A stretch of 64,000 bases of DNA from Haplodiscus bocki. Its lineage: Eukaryota. A program made the position numbers and the translations under genes. Where the stretch lies: the NCBI GenBank assembly GCA_965655095.1, contig OZ296652.1:88598001-88662000 (forward strand), written 5' to 3'. Below the pieces are notes generated by a model that did not search any database, was not told the DNA's origin, and worked only from the letters and a program-made list of their open reading frames with translations. Positions 62,401 to 64,000 of the stretch are shown here, piece after piece (within the stretch, counting starts at the first letter, position 1; the number at the start of each line of letters is the position of its first letter).

Positions 62401-64000
62401 AAATGATGGGAGAGGGTCAGGAATTGGGATGGGGGAGCTTTGAGTAAGATGAGGTGGGAGGAATTGCGGAAGGTGGGTTGGAAGTACGAGGGGTTGACAA
62501 ATTAAGAGGGAGGTTTGTAGAAATGGGGAGGTACGGGCTTGAAGAATTGATGTTGGGGGACTTGAGGAAGTTGGGGCGGGGGCATGAAAAAAAGAGAAGA
62601 GCGGCAGGGGGCTCGAAGAACTGGAGTGGAGGCGAGGGAAGGGATGTCTTGAAGAAAAAGAAGGTCGTTGGAGAAAAAGGAGGGTGGTTGAGGAAGTGGG
62701 AGGGTGGCTGAAGTATTGGTAGGGGGCTTGAAAGAGTGGCTTGGGGAGTGATTGAAGTTGTTACAGGTTGGCTTGATGGAATGGGGAGGGGGTTTGAACG
62801 AATGAGGTCGGAAAGGGGGCTTGAGGAAATGGAGGAGGAAGTGAGGGGAGTTGAAGAAGTGGGGTGGCATGGGTTGTTTGATGAGGCGGGGAGGTAGGCT
62901 GGAAGTTGCTTCGGAGGGGGCTCGAAAGGATGACGGTTGGAGAAAAGGGGAAATGATTAAGAATTAGTGGAGGGGTTAAGGGGCGTTGAGGGAAAGGTGG
63001 GGGTTTGTTGGAAAAGTGGGTGGCAGGGCGGTGGCAATTAGTGGTAGTGAGTTTTGTTAGATACGTGGAAGGAGGCTAGGAAGGAGGGAGGACAGTTGAA
63101 GTAATGAAGGGAGTGGGAAAGAGAATATTGGGGGGTTTCTTCAAGTGAAAATTTGATGAAGGAAAGTTGAGGAAAGGGGGTTGGAGGAGGGAGTTGAAGT
63201 AGGGGGTTGACGATGTGGGTGGGGATTAAGAAGTTTTGAGAGCAGGGTTGGAAGGATGGGAGGACGGTTAAAGTAGTGGATGGTTTTGAGGTTGTGGAAA
63301 CGGGAGAGGTTTGATGACATGGGGGTCATGTTGAAGAGTTGCGGGGGGGGGGGGGTTGAAGCAGTGGGGGGGGGGGGGTTTGAGATATTGGGGGATCGAA
63401 GAAGCTGCGGTTGCAGTACGGACGTGAGAGGAAAAGTGGTGTGGGAGGGAGTTTGAAAAAGTTAGTTTGGGGACGTAGTAGAAGTAGTCGGACGGGGGAT
63501 CAAGAATTTGGTGACTGGAAAACTTGAGGTTTTTATGTAGTTATATATGGGGGGACTCTGAGGAAGGGGAGTGGAAGAAATGGGAGGGGAGTTCACGTAA
63601 TGTGAGGGAGGTTGGAAGGAAAAAAAATGGGGGCTTTAAGAAATATTGTTGGGGGCTTGAGGAAGCAGGGTTTGGGCTGTGGAAAAGTATAATGGAGGGA
63701 AGGGATGTTTGAATGGGTGGGGGGTTGAAAAAGTGTGCAGGATTGAAGAAGGGGGTTTAAAGAAGTGGATTGAAGAAGTGATGGGGTGTTAGAGAAGCGG
63801 AAGGGGGTCAAAGAACCGGAGGGAGGATGCTTGAAGAAGTGGGGGAGCGGAAGGGATTATTGATTGATGAAGTGGGTGAGGACGGGGATTTTTGATGGAA
63901 ATCTGGAGGGGTTGGAGAACTGGGGAAAGGTTGAAGTACTTGGGGGTTTGATGAACTGAAGATTGAAGAAGGAGGGGGATTGAACAACATCGTTTTGCGG
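47460..64000. repeat. Purine-rich degenerate satellite, ~18-21-bp monomer with core GGGG(C)TTGAAGAAGT, running to the window end
   Basis: Very many diverged TTGAAGAAGT/TTGAGGAAGT cores separated by G runs; strong G+A bias on the plus strand for >16 kb. Confidence 0.95.
52055..52719. repeat. Recent ~330-bp tandem duplication inside the satellite
   Basis: TGAAGAAATTGGCGACGTAATGAA at 52055 and 52385; both copies end GGACGTAACAAAGTACGGAGGGTCTGAAGAA; few mismatches. Confidence 0.9.

Noticed and set aside
47845-63990. Dozens of Pro/Ser/Phe-rich minus-strand and Gly-rich plus-strand ORFs up to 300 aa
   Set aside because: They follow from satellite composition (few stops on the C/T-rich strand); they overlap in all frames and have no domain signal.

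Overview
Eukaryotic (animal) repeat-dominated genomic DNA; the element families look, from memory only, like those of acoel worms, and no search was run. 1-~14950 is a decayed endogenous Maverick/Polinton (adintovirus-like) element: protein-primed PolB on the minus strand (runs off the window start, with nested perfect duplications), a 52-bp repeat array, then plus-strand accessory genes, a DEDD-like nuclease, packaging ATPase, rve integrase, minor capsid, a small basic protein, an internally deleted major capsid and adenain protease, all pseudogenised. 17259-19429 is the only long intact reading frame: probably the last exon of a host gene for an SF1 (UvrD/Schlafen-like) helicase with a TPR-like C-terminus. 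19.9-32.1 kb holds non-autonomous DNA transposons (TA-TSD MITE, hAT with 8-bp TSD, TTAA Kolobok-like element), dispersed repeats, a BEL/Pao gag relic and an LTR fragment. 33296-46374 is a full-length decayed Ty3/Gypsy element whose gag starts inside the LTR and which carries ~4 kb of extra 3' sequence. 47460-64000 is a G/A-rich degenerate satellite (core GGGG(C)TTGAAGAAGT) with higher-order repeats.
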